Positions 1 to 10,801 of a stretch of 29,570 nt of DNA are shown in pieces. Each line of letters opens with the position of its first letter. Position 1 is the stretch's first letter. The notes under the pieces are model-generated. The model searched no databases. It saw nothing but the letters and a program-made list of their open reading frames with translations, and was not told where the DNA came from. The position numbers and the translations under genes were made by a program. The stretch covers positions 1 to 29,570 of the forward strand of contig NW_021836193.1 of NCBI RefSeq assembly GCF_006345805.1, written 5' to 3'. Source of the DNA: Octopus sinensis. Its lineage: Eukaryota.

Positions 1-339
1 GAATAATCCATGTAGTAGGCGTGCATATTGAATTCTTCTGCGGGGCAGAGTCCTCAACCAATGTCTGGCGATTTTCCAAAATAAGCTGTATTAGCCCTTA
101 CGGAAAAAAAAAGCATTGTACGGGAGGTAACTTATTGATAGAAATGGTAAGACAACAAAAGAATGAAAGAGACTAGAGGAATTTATCTGTACATATCATA
201 TGTGACAATTATGCATTTTTTCGATGGTCGGATAACTGAAGAGATGGCGGCGTGGGTTTCCGCCCCGACATCCGAAACTCGAAGTTTTATCATGGCTACC
301 GAATAATTGTCATATATTATATTTACCGATAAATTCCTC

Positions 340-472
340 TGGCTGTGTAGTAAGAAGCTCCCCAACCACATGGTTCCGGGTTCAGTCCCACTGTGTAGCA
401 CCTTGGGAATGTGTCTTCTATTATAGCCTCGTGAATGGATTTGGTAGACGGAAATCGAAAGAATCCCGTCGT
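340..472 (+). mobile_element. SINE-A head-only copy with internal deletion
   Basis: A-box-like TGGCTGTGTAG and B-box-like GGTTCAGTCCC. Matches 474-630 but lacks the GGGCCGACCAAAGCCTT segment. Confidence 0.8.
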
Positions 473-473
473 A

Positions 474-918
474 GAGTGGCTGTGTGGTAAGTAGCTTGCT
501 TACCAACCACATGGTTCCGGATTCAGTCCCACTGCGTGGCACATTGAGCAAGTGTCTTCTACTATAGCCTCGGGCCGACCAAAGCCTTGTGAGTGGATTT
601 GGTAGACGGAAACTGAAAGAAGCCCGTCGTATATATGGTATAATATATATATGTGGTGTGTGTGTGGTGTGTGTGTGGTGTGTGTGTGTGTGTGTCTGTG
701 TGTCTGTGTTTGTGTGTAATGTGTTTGTCCCCCCAACATCGCTTGACAACCGATGCTGTTGTGTTTACGTCCCCGTAAGCTAGCGCTTCGGCACAAAAAC
801 CGATAGAATAAGTACTAGGCTCACAAAGAATAAGTCCTGAGGTCGATTTGTTCGACTAAAGGCGGTGCTCCAGCATGGTCACAGTCAAATGACTGAAAGA
901 AATCATAAAAAAAAGAGT
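474..918 (+). mobile_element. SINE-A full-length copy (tRNA-like head, internal microsatellite, 3' half, CR1-like tail)
   Basis: Head GAGTGGCTGTGTGGTAAG...GAAGCCCGTCG, (TA)n(TG)n insert at about 630-720, tail GGCGGTGCTCCAGCATGG...CAGTCAAATGACTGAAA. About 11 homologous copies in the window. Confidence 0.9.
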
Positions 919-1665
919 ATATATCTATGCGTGTGTCACTTTGTGTCTGTGCTTGTCTTCCTATCACCGCTTGGCAACCGGTGCTGGTTGAGTTTACGCA
1001 CAGATTACAAAGGTTAGGATGTTTCACAAATAAATTTCCGTTAAAAAAGAAAAAAGAAGGAAATACATTGAGAACTTTATCATGGACAATAGGAAGGAAG
1101 TATTTACATTTTTATCAAAATATGCTACAGATTATGCAAACTGAAAAGGCGATTTAGTAATATCGAAATAAAAGAGAAAATAAATTGTAACAAATTAGAT
1201 TGATTTAATTCAATATAATTCTTTTCAAATTATTTTCCCTTTTATTTCAGCATAACTAAACCGTCCTTTCATTTCATAAAGTGTTTAATTAATTTCTCTT
1301 AGATTATGTCACGTTGCCAATTTCTAAAAAGAATGAAATAGTGCTCCACATGGTTATTACTGACAGAAATTTTAAGGACTTTGTAATAAATAAGTATAAA
1401 CTTTGAAATCTGTGTTCTCTATATCTCTTTCCGTATAATTCCCTAATTTCAAATTCAATCTTCTAACCCCGCCAAATATTATGAAAAAATATTATCGTCC
1501 TGGTATTAACCGTCGGTTAGAAGACACTATCTATTCAAATAAGGTAAATAATCCGACTAGATCAGTTATCTGAGGCGATGAGGCTGGATGAGACCATTGT
1601 TATGTCGAAATTATTACATTTAGATTTTCTCATTAAAGAATTATCATCGGAAGATATATGTGTTC

Positions 1666-1715
1666 CTGACTACTAAAATTATATCTATTTCTGACTACTA
1701 AAATTATATCTATTT
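1666..1715. repeat. Perfect 25-bp tandem duplication
   Basis: CTGACTACTAAAATTATATCTATTT x2, followed by CTGA. Confidence 0.9.
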
Positions 1716-1883
1716 CTGAAGAAGCTAAAGGAAATATCTTTTTAGCAACGATAAGACCTTGCTGAAGAGCACAGAGTAAGTGGAAAAGTAATAATTGTTA
1801 ATAATGAATTGAAGAAAAGATGATTTTCATCGTATTTTAGCTTTATAAACTATTGGACTACATGACCAGATTCATCCCAATGA

Positions 1884-2166
1884 GAGTCAATTATGACTGA
1901 CCATGGGATTGCACCTAGAAAGCTACCCTCCCAGGCACAAGTCCGGGCAAAGTTGTTTATGGAAGTCCAGCAGTCACCCATGCATACCGGCCTCCCCTCT
2001 CCACACCACTGATATAATCCAAGGGAAAGGCAAAGGGGCCGATACAGCTTAGCACCTGTGACGTCGCAACTCATTTCTACAGCTGAGTGAACTGGAGCAA
2101 CGTGAAATAAAGTATCTTGCTCAAGAACACAACACGCAGCCCGGTCCGGGATTCGAACTCACAACC
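1884..2166 (-). mobile_element. SINE-C copy (tRNA-derived B-box plus CORE-like central domain), 5'-truncated
   Basis: Minus strand reads GGTTGTGAGTTCGAATCCC (B-box), then GTTGTGTTCTTGAGCAAGATACTTTATTTCACGTTGCTCCAGTTCACTCAGCTG, which is homologous to about 27660-27715. Confidence 0.75.
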
Positions 2167-2398
2167 GCACGTGGCTTCACGTCAGCAGTCAATTATTGTT
2201 TCTTATTAAACTCACCGAAGACGAGAGCTAATTTATCTAATATAGGGATTTTCAAGGAAACCTCTCTGAGAAACTTTGATGAAAAAGTCCACTAAACCAA
2301 GTCCAAAATTTATACTCCAATTCTTTAATATTGCAAAGTGCATAGGATCTGGCTTTTTTTTAATATAGAGTGTTCTTTATTAATAAGGTTATTATATA

Positions 2399-2801
2399 GG
2401 CGTAAGAGTGGCTATGTGGTTAGTAGCTTGCTACCGAACTACATGGTTCCAGGTTCAGTCCCACAGCGTGGCATCTTCGGCAAGTGTCTTCTACTATAGC
2501 CCTAGGCCAACCAAAGCCTTGTGAGTGGACGGAAACTGAAAGAAGCCCATCGTATATATGTATATATATATATTTGTGTGTGTATGTATGTGTGTATGTC
2601 TATGTTTGTCCCCCCAACATCACTTGACAACCGATGGTCGTATGTTTACGTCCCCGTAACTTAGCAGTTCGGCAAAAAAGAACCGATAGAATAAGTGCTA
2701 GGCTTACAAAATAAGTCCTGGGGTCGATGTGCTCGACTAAAGGCGGTGCTCCAGCATGGCCACAACCAAATGGCTGAAACAAGCAAAAGAACAAAAGAGT
2801 A
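2399..2801 (+). mobile_element. SINE-A full-length copy
   Basis: Colinear with 474-918, with a small deletion in the head and a short internal microsatellite. Confidence 0.9.
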
Positions 2802-3250
2802 TATGTTATAAAATTGACAAAGTGTTCGGTGAGGCATGAAATAGATCCCAATTGGTGATATTAGAAATTCTTTTGGATAAATTCATTTAGAAGCCACAAT
2901 ATATATCTTCTAAAGTTCGAAATAAAAAATATTAAATCCTTTTCAAAGTTGGCGCGAAGAGGATTATCTGGAAAGAATTAGTAAAAATTCAGATTATGTT
3001 TGCCTATTTTCATTTTCCTATTGACAGTTTTATTGTGAAAGTTAAAAAGACTCCACCATTTTCTTGTTATCAATGAATTCGCTTTCTGGATTATAATTTC
3101 CGTGTAAACATCATTCTCTGGTTGCTGTTAAGAATCGTTTGAATACATGCAAGCTTGTTCCACTGAATTTACTGAAATATTATAACGTGTTGAAGTTAGA
3201 CGACCTCTTCTTAACTGAACTCTTGATATATATATATATATATATATATA

Positions 3251-3400
3251 GGGAGAGTTTACGAAAAAAACAAAAGACAAAGACAGGTGGTGTACAAAAC
3301 AAACAGATGTATTAGTATAACGCTCAGGAATAGAAAAAGTCTTTTATGTTTCCAGCCTACGCTCTTCTACAGAAAGGGACACAAAAAAACAAGGAGAGAA
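3251..3400 (-). mobile_element. Probable Penelope-like terminal-repeat fragment with degenerate HHR-like motif
   Basis: Minus strand CTTTCTGTAGAAGAGCGTAGGCTGGAAACATAAAAGAC resembles a decayed core/stem II/GAAA. A related ACGCTCAGGAA segment occurs near 28520. Confidence 0.35.
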
Positions 3401-3440
3401 AAAAATATATATATATATATCTTTTTTTAATTTTTTCTCT

Positions 3441-3479
3441 AGTTTCAGCTCAGAGCTGCGGCCATGCTCATGCACCGCC
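3441..3479 (-). mobile_element. Isolated 3' terminus of the CR1-type LINE
   Basis: Minus strand GGCGGTGCATGAGCATGGCCGCAGCTCTGAGCTGAAACT, nearly identical to the CR1 end at 15995-16035. Confidence 0.75.
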
Positions 3480-3535
3480 GTTTATATATATATTTGCAAA
3501 GGAAGGCCTACTTTCCACCGACAACTCACGATTGT

Positions 3536-5342
3536 TGGTTGTGATTTCTTCGATGTGAGTTCAAATCGTTACACACTGATATTGTATGTTTGTTGTAGGT
3601 TTCCCCGCGCGGGTGAACCAAGATTCGTTGGATTGTGTAAATTATAGAATTTCGGTCACTGGTTCGTTTGCACCTGTATAATCCCCGTCTGAAGAAAGAG
3701 TGAAGAAAGATGGAGAATAGACAAAGTTACGCAGCGGCAACGACACAAGGAATAAATACCAACACGCTGGAATTGCAAGAAATAGAAATGGACACGAGAA
3801 AGAGGAAGGAAGGAAGGAAGAAAATTTGTAGAAAAGCAGGGAACTAGTCTAAAGCTGACTCCCCCAGAAGAACTGATGAAAAGCATAGAAAAGAGGACGG
3901 TAGTATACAGAATGATATCTACGTCCTCGAACAAGATAGAGGGACCCCCAACAGAAGAAATAGAGGAAAGCCTAGAAAATGTGAAAAAATTGACTACGTT
4001 CTATACACGTGGAAAGAAGTATGGCTCAGTGGAAGTAAGGTTTGGCAACAAAGATGATGCCATAAACCACGCTACGGAGCCGTTACGGACAACGAAATGG
4101 ATTCTACTTCCGACGTACTGTGGCAAATGCCGAGGAAGAATGGCTGTTAGCAGCCATTATGTACGATGTGAAGGATGGAGTAGAGATCCTCAAGATGAAG
4201 AGGTCCCCAAAGTCCAATTGATGGGGATACACCTCGAAGTGACCATGCAGGTAACTTTGGAAGACTTGCATAGTATAACGGAGGAAATAATACTTCCGGA
4301 AGACAGCAGACTTCGAATAACAGTAGAAGGAAGACCACCAACATGCTTCCTTTGCGACAAAAAGGGGCACAGGAAAGCAAGATGTCCCGAGAAGGAAAAC
4401 GAAGAGGAGAAGAAAAGTGAAGAAAAAATACTGAAGAGGTAGTACCAACGAAAGAGGCAGACAGAGTGGAGGAACCCTTCACAGTAGTAAACACGAGGAA
4501 GAGAAAGGAACGGGCGAATTCTCCCCCAGAGAGTCAAAAGAGGCTAAAGGAGATTGTGATGGAAGAAAAGAGAAATAGGTGTGAAGCACCAACAGAAGCA
4601 GTAGTGAAAGAAGGCACACAGGAAAAAAACAGCATTACAACAGGGAGAAAGAGGAAGCGTTCATAAATTTGGTTGTGATGTTTCTGCATGCCCGAACAGA
4701 TCAGGACGGGAGCCGAAGCAAGCAGAAGTGAAAAGGAAGAGATACAAGTGGCATTTGGTCACGTATTCCAAAAGTAAAGAAATAGAGAAAACGATTGTAA
4801 AATTTAAATCGGTAATAAGGGTGAAGCTGCCGCCAGGAAAATACCCGGAACACACTAAAGGAATAGTCATAGATAAAGAGAGATATTTGAAATTAAGAGA
4901 GATGTATGGACTTTTCATAGACCCGCTGGGGTTGAAGTCGAGTTTGACGAGCTCCCACCGGCCGTGGAATTAGAAGATTTGAAACCCTTTATGGAAAACT
5001 TAAAACTAAGTAAGTAAAATTTGTACTTCATTAAAAAAAGAGGAAAATATACTGTTAAAATGTATTAAGAAAAAAGAAAAAAAATGATACAAAAAAAAAA
5101 CAAAAGACTAAAAAAAAAGAACAAATTAAAATAGGAAAAAAAGAAAAAAGACTGTAAGAACGTTTAATTGTAAAAAAGTAATCGCGGTTTCGTCTCGGAG
5201 CGGGACCGAGAAAACCGTCTCATATTCATTATAATTTAATTCATTGTAGTTCATTCTTTCGTATGTTTTTTTGTTCCCGCATGTTCCTGTATGTCCTCTC
5301 TGTGTTCAGGCCTTGTGCCTATAATAACCTATAATAAAAAAA
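3536..5342 (+). mobile_element. ORF1-only (HAL1-like) non-LTR retroelement of Tx1/L1 type
   Basis: About 175-nt 5' UTR, ORF1 3710-5017, A-rich linker, hairpin 5185-5217, terminal stem-loop 5308-5320, AATAAA plus A-tail. Candidate TSD AACTCACGATTGT (3523-3535) / AACTCGTGATTGT (5343-5355). No space for an endonuclease/RT ORF2. Confidence 0.7.
3710..5017 (+). pseudogene. ORF1p (gag-like) of Tx1/L1 type with CCHC zinc knuckle; about 4 frameshifts, about 435 codons
   Basis: Starts MENRQSYAAAT. The track ORF 3876-4442 contains ITVEGRPPT-CFLCDKKGHRKARC (CX2CX4HX4C, 4344-4385). Continues via 4466-4666 and 4728-4973, ending ...ELEDLKPFMENLKLSK* at 5017. Start and end lie in the same frame. Confidence 0.8.
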
Positions 5343-5355
5343 AACTCGTGATTGT

Positions 5356-5400
5356 CACACGCTGATGACGGGTCAAGACCCAAAAACTCGAGTCCGTGTG
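5356..5400 (+). ncRNA. Minimal type-I hammerhead ribozyme motif, probably inactivated (GAAA reads AAAAA)
   Basis: Stem I CACACG/CGTGTG, core CTGATGA (5362-5368), stem II GGGTC-AA-GACCC, palindromic ACTCGAGT as stem III, GTC triplet at 5392-5394. Confidence 0.75.
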
Positions 5401-5851
5401 TATCATGGGTTAAAGACGGGAAGGATGGCTTACCTTTGCAAATACTGATAGGACGCAGAAAGTGTGTCACTGGCCAGCTGGAGGAGGTGTCCTCCTGGGG
5501 CTACAAGCTACAGTAGCATCCACCCTTAGGTGTTAGCCACATTTATATGGCAAAAATACTTCACGATGTGTTGCAGCTACTGTTTATACCTCGCTCAGAG
5601 ATTTATTATATATATATTTATATTTATATATAAAATATATATAAAATTTTTAAAGATATAAAAAAATATTAAAATTTATAAATAATATAAATGTTAAATT
5701 TTAAATTTAAATAATTAAATTTTAAATTTAAATAATTAAATTTTATATTTTATATATTTTGTATATTATATTAATTATATTTATTTTTATGTTTTGGTTT
5801 ATGTTTTTCACTGTTTGATTTGCCTAATAGTGGTTTTAATACGTGTATATT

Positions 5852-6060
5852 TGTGTGTGTGTGTGTGTGTTTGTATCTCCACCATCGCTTGACAACCGAT
5901 ATTGCTGTGTTTACGTCCCTGTAAGCTAGCGGTTCAGTAAAAGACACCGATAGAATAAGTATTAAGCTTACGAAGAATAAATCCTATGGTCGACTTGTTC
6001 GACTAAAGGCGGTACTCTAGCATGGCTGCAGTCACATAGCTGACACAAGTAAAACAATAA
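5852..6060 (+). mobile_element. SINE-A 3' half
   Basis: (TG)n followed by the CATCGCTTGACAACCG...GGCGGTACTCTAGCATGGCTGCAGTC tail. Confidence 0.85.
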
Positions 6061-6078
6061 AAACTATGCCATTTTAAT

Positions 6079-6106
6079 CCCGAGCAACGCCGGGTATCTC
6101 TGCTAG
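6079..6106 (+). mobile_element. Helitron-like 3' terminus
   Basis: Hairpin CCCG(A)GC-AAC-GCCGGG, then TATCTCTG-CTAG|T. Confidence 0.6.
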
Positions 6107-6469
6107 TTATCTATAACGACATTGAAGCATTAACTGAAAAAGCATTCAGTACCTATAAGTAGTGTATAAAACCTTTCCTGTTTCTCAAAAAAATTTTCCT
6201 AAAAATGATTTCAGTGTTGCTGGTTGTCGGATTCGTCGAAATGTAAATAGTGTAATTCTGGTTATCAATTATATGAGGGATTATTTCTCATGGATAAACA
6301 ACAGTGAGTCGCTTAGGTGAACTACAGTGAGGTGGTTTAATAGAACTAAGAATGTAAATGTGAAATGAAAAATATATAATATTCTTTTATTGTTTATTGC
6401 GTACAGACAATCAAACAACTAATGTAACGTCTGAATAAATCAGCAAAACAGACATTCTTTGCTATCAAG

Positions 6470-6660
6470 TAGGATGTGTTTTTTTGCCAATATTCCAATT
6501 AATCTGAAGAATGGGTTTAATTTAAACGTTACCACTTCCCAGTCAGTAAGTATTCTACTGCATCAACAAATTTCAGTGGTAAATATTAAAAGCGGTTGGA
6601 TTACAAACGGAGAATTTTTGCTTCTCCCATAGTTATATGCATCTGCATTACGAGTTGGAA
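6470..6660 (+). pseudogene. Degenerate Helitron PIF1-like helicase C-terminus
   Basis: Frameshifted translation FKRYHFPVS...INKFQ..ILKAVGL..NFCFSH..LYASALRVG resembles the Helitron motif FKRLQFPV..AMTINKSQGQTL..VGL....CFSHGQLYVALSRV. Confidence 0.65.
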
Positions 6661-6724
6661 TGAAAAAAGATGTATTTGGATGCCTCGCAAAGGAATACAA
6701 AAACCATTTAAAAAAGAGCTTTGA

Positions 6725-7118
6725 TACAAGGTGGGCTGAAAAGTTCACAAGCTGATTATGAAGGAGCGATGCTAGAGCTATGAAATCTTGCATGCATTAT
6801 GTTCAATCCTTTTATTTAATAACTGTATTTTTTTTACCCCGGCGAATAGCGACTTCTCTCGAAAGTGGACAAACTTTGGGCATCGTGGTGTTATCAAGGA
6901 CATGCAGAAAAATGGCTTAGCTCCTCCCAAGGACATTTACATGGTCGTTACATTAGATGATGCTCCAGCTTTTATCACCGGTGTAAAAGTTGGCAGCTGA
7001 ATTTTGGAAGGAAAATAAGAATGTTGAAGGTGACCCAACGTCTGGACGTCCTACAGCTACCAAATAACAAAGAAGATATTGATCGTGTTCTTCATATGGT
7101 AATGGATGACAGACGCTC
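6725..7118 (+). mobile_element. Mariner (Tc1/mariner) 5' fragment with decayed transposase N-terminus
   Basis: TA plus TIR-like CAAGGTGGGCTGAAAAGTTC. Translation from about 6865 gives GHRGVIK..KNGLAP.KDI..., AAEF...VEGDPTSGRP, EDIDRVLHMVMDDRR (HTH/linker, typically EDDPRSGRP). Confidence 0.8.
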
Positions 7119-7801
7119 GTAAGGTAACAATACTTCATTGTGACGTCCATTAAAGATAAAGGTCATTACTTCATTATTTACTCCTAGCAACAGAGTAAAG
7201 AGTTAGAGAAAGTCTGTCTGTTTATGTGTCTTTGACTCTATGTGTCCGGGTGTATCTCTCTCGTTCTCTCTACAGATTTCAGTACATGTGTCTATCCGTA
7301 TGTACATAATATATCTTCTTATGCTAGATACAAGCGTATTCATGCATGTATTTTGGTTTCTAACTGCATTGTGCAGATGTGTGTGTCTTTCTATATGTGC
7401 ATAAGCATGAGTGAGGTCGCTGTATTCTGTATTCTGTATTCTGTATTCTCAAAATAAGCTATACACCTGAGAACTGCAAGAGACTTTTGAAAAAAGTTAT
7501 TGATTAGAAAAATAAATCATTTGCAGTAATTATGTAAATTAGAGTATTTGGTAAAAACGCTTTCAAAGAATTTTTTTTTTTTTTCTGGAAATTTAAGAGT
7601 GAGAATATTCTGCATATTTGTTTTTGTTTCGTTTTTGTTTCTTTATTTGCATATTTCTGTGAAACTCAAATTGAACCATCGTCTGAATTGCTAGGATGCA
7701 AATTTTTTTTTTCCTGTGAATCAATATTCTCGGACAAGCTGCAGACTTTCAGAATGTTTTTTCAAGGAATTTATCAAAAATTTGGCAGATTTATAAATAC
7801 A

Positions 7802-8224
7802 GGCGCAGGAGTGGCTGTGTGGTAAGAATCTTGCTTCACAACCACTTGGGTTGAGGTTCAGCCCTACTGCATGGCCCCTTGGGCGAGTGTCTTCCACTAC
7901 AGCTTCTGGCTGACCAAAACCTTCTGAGTGGATTTGGTAGACGGAAACTGAATGAAGCCCGTCGTGTGTGTGTGTGGTGTGTGTGTGTGTGTGAGGGAGA
8001 GAGAGAGAGAGTGTGTGTTTGTCCCACAATGCTGCTTGACAACCAGTGTTAATGTGTTTACGTCCCCGTAACTTAGTGGTTCGGCAAAAGACAGTGATAG
8101 AATAAGTACCAGGCTTAACAAAAAATAAGTACTGGCGACATTTCAATCGACTAAAGATTTTTCAAGGTGGTACCCCAGCATGGGCGCATTCTAATGACTG
8201 AAACAAGTAAGAGATAAAAAGATA
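7802..8224 (+). mobile_element. SINE-A full-length, older copy
   Basis: GGCGCAGGAGTGGCTGTGTGGTAAG head through AATGACTGAAACAAG tail. Confidence 0.85.
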
Positions 8225-8288
8225 CTATCCTGCATTGCTTCGGTTTATAGACAGTTTCAAAGAAAATCACACACATTCATACACACAC

Positions 8289-8446
8289 ACGACGGTCTTC
8301 CTTCAGTTTCCGTCTACCAAATCCACTCACAAGGCTTTGGTCAACCCGAGGTTATAATTGATGACACTTGTTCAAGATGCCATGCAGTAGGACTGAACCT
8401 GGAACCATGTGGTATGGAAGCAAGTTTCTTACCACACAGCTACGCC
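8289..8446 (-). mobile_element. SINE-A head
   Basis: Reverse complement of the head, ending in (CA)n. Confidence 0.8.
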
Positions 8447-8467
8447 AGCACAGTTTTCAATCTTTCT

Positions 8468-8787
8468 TGACAGCAGTATTCTATGATGCAGCAACTGTAT
8501 GGCAGTCTTCCTAACATCACCTTGGTAACCAGAGCAAGAAGAGCACGCCATGCAGGGTTCTGCTGGAGATTAAAAGATGAAGTATCCTGCGCCCTCCTCC
8601 CCTGAAAACCCACACATGGGCATACAAATACAGGCATATCAAGAGAGAAGCACATATAGATTAACATGTGGAGGACACTGGATATTTGGTTGAGAATATG
8701 AAGACTGCTGTGGACGATCGGGACATCTGACGTGGAAGGTATGCAATTGTCCGGGCAGTCGCCTGACCAAATGATGACGATGAAGAT
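8468..8787 (+). mobile_element. RTE-like LINE 3' end (decayed ORF C-terminus plus TGA-type tail)
   Basis: Translation QQLYGSLPNIT..TRARRARHAGFCWRLKDE...LL.*KPTHG resembles the RTE-type C-terminus LYG.LP.I...I..RR.R.AGHC.R...E....LLW.P.HG. Ends ATGATGACGATGAAGAT. Confidence 0.6.
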
Positions 8788-8812
8788 GGCGGTGGTGGTG
8801 GTGGTAATATAT

Positions 8813-9022
8813 GCTCTTTTACTCTTTTACTTGTGTCAGTCATTTGACCGCGGCCTTGCTGGAGCACCACCTTTAGTCGAGAAAATCCACCCCAGGACTT
8901 ATTCTTTGTAAGCCTAGTACGTATTCTATCACTGTCTTTTGCCGAACCGCTAAGTTCCGGGGTCGTAAACACACCAGCATCGGCTGTCTAGCGATGTTGG
9001 CGGGACAAACACAGACACACAA

Positions 9023-9058
<36 letters not shown>

Positions 9059-9074
9059 CACACATATATATATA

Positions 9075-9130
<56 letters not shown>

Positions 9131-9306
9131 GTATACATATATACGACGGGCTTCTTTTCAGCTTCCGTCTACCAAATCCACTCACAAGGCTTTGGTCGAC
9201 CCAAGGCTATAGTAGAAGACACTTGCCCAAGGCGTCACGCAGCGGGACCGAACCCGGAACCATGTGGTTGCAAGCAAGCCACTTACCACACAGCCACTCC
9301 TGCGCC
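8813..9306 (-). mobile_element. SINE-A full-length copy with expanded internal (TA)n(TG)n
   Basis: Reverse complement is colinear with the other SINE-A copies. Confidence 0.9.
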
Positions 9307-9329
9307 TATGTATGTTTGTATGCATTATG

Positions 9330-9379
<50 letters not shown>

Positions 9380-9880
9380 AAAAACTGCATGTATGTATGT
9401 GTGTATTATGTATACATATATATGGGCATTTTGTTGATAGCTGTGATAAGGTGATATTTTCATTTAAAATGGCATGCACACTATATAATCTTTAAATAAA
9501 TTCTATGATTTTTGTACGTGTGATGCCGCCTGTTGTTTGTTGTAACAATTCTATCTGTTATCGAAACGATCGTAACTGATTAATATATGCGATAACAATA
9601 CCTTTATTCCTTTGATCTTTTATTTCATACATACATACATACATACATATATATATATACTCACGTAGATATACATGCATTCATACATATATACATACAT
9701 ACCGACCCGCACTAACCCACCCACCTCCACACACACACATGAGTATATAGGTACATACACAGATCATGTTGACATACGTACACATAGAAGTGTGAGTTTG
9801 TATATACGTAGATGTATATCTAAGTATAAACCTAAACATATTTACATAAATATAAATTTATATATCACGTATATATATAT

Positions 9881-9924
<44 letters not shown>

Positions 9925-10200
9925 CAACAATTGAGGGTAAAATTAATTAATTAATCAATTTCACCAAGTATTCAGTATGCAAAGGGACCATTTAAGGCGA
10001 ATTCAAATTATTACATTATATAAAAGGGCTTAGTAAAATAAATTACTTTGCCGCATACTGAACTCATTAGAAATAGCAGCCAAAAAAAACTTTTTTAAAA
10101 ACTATTTCTAATACTTAAAGAAAACCTCTCTCATATAGTGTTTGCTCAATTCAACTCACGAAAGAAGTATTGGGGTAGAGACATTAAAAAATCAAATGCA

Positions 10201-10270
10201 AAGGTTATTTGAGAACGTACGTTTCAAGATTAGTCAAACTCGACATTTCTATCATCACTCAGAACTCCCT
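10201..10270 (-). ncRNA. Second copy of the same HHR, lacking the C of CTGATGA
   Basis: Minus strand GAGTTCTGAG-TGATGA-TAGAAATGTCGAGTTTGACTAATCTT-GAAACGTACGTT-CTCAAATAACCTT. Confidence 0.6.
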
Positions 10271-10801
10271 GGTTTGGATTTGAAAACACTGAAAGTGGGA
10301 GCATACCCTTTCGGCTTCTTATCGCTTGTGAAGATCTGCTCGAAACTAACAGTGCCAGCAAACTCAAATATGCAAGCGAAGAATTTCTGCTCTCTCCCCT
10401 TTCCACCAGCGTGGGTTAAAATCAGTAAACACTATGCTTTTTTCGGTAAAATCCGAGGCATTTAAATAGAGAGGATGAATTATAATTTCAACAATTGAGG
10501 GTAAAATTAATTAATTAATCAAATGCTCCCTTTGCATACTGAATACTTGGTGAATTGATTAATTAATTAATTTTACCCTCAATTGTTGAAATTATAATCA
10601 TCTCTCTCTATTTAAATGCCTCGGATTTTACCGAAAAAAGCATAGTGTTTACTGATTTTAACCCACGCTGGTGGAAAGGGGAGAGCAGAAATTCTTCGCT
10701 TGCATATTTGAGTTTGCTGGCACTGTTAGTTTCGAGCAATCTTCACAAGCGATAAGAAGCCGAAAGGGTATGCTCCCACTTTCAGTGTTTTCAATCCAAC
10801 C

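Larger units (their letters stand above)
3491..5444 (+). mobile_element. HHR-capped hairpin element (about 135 nt when rejoined), split by the ORF1-only insertion
   Basis: 3491-3535 (TATTTGCAAAGGAAGGCC...AACTCACGAT) is imperfectly complementary to 5401-5444 (ATCATGGGTT...GGCTTACCTTTGCAAATA), with several G-U pairs. The HHR lies at the apex. Confidence 0.6.

Noticed and set aside
183-796. 188-aa and 98-aa minus-strand ORFs, and similar ORFs at 7721-8146, 11843-12124 and 22395-22613
   Set aside because: They are translations of SINE-A and its microsatellite. The same peptides recur at each copy.
1582-1620. CTGGATGA-GAC...GTC-GAAA, superficially an HHR
   Set aside because: Extra base in the core, and no credible stem I or III or cleavage triplet.
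1240-1830. Splice-acceptor-like TTTTATTTCAG at 1250 and short coding-looking frames
   Set aside because: Frames close within about 35 codons, donors are weak, and no protein family is recognisable.
4104-4537. Three overlapping minus-strand ORFs of about 115 aa
   Set aside because: They are antisense shadows of the purine-rich ORF1 strand.
5600-5800. Extremely AT-rich tract with a 21-bp duplication (5695-5736)
   Set aside because: Low-complexity slippage, with no evidence of function.
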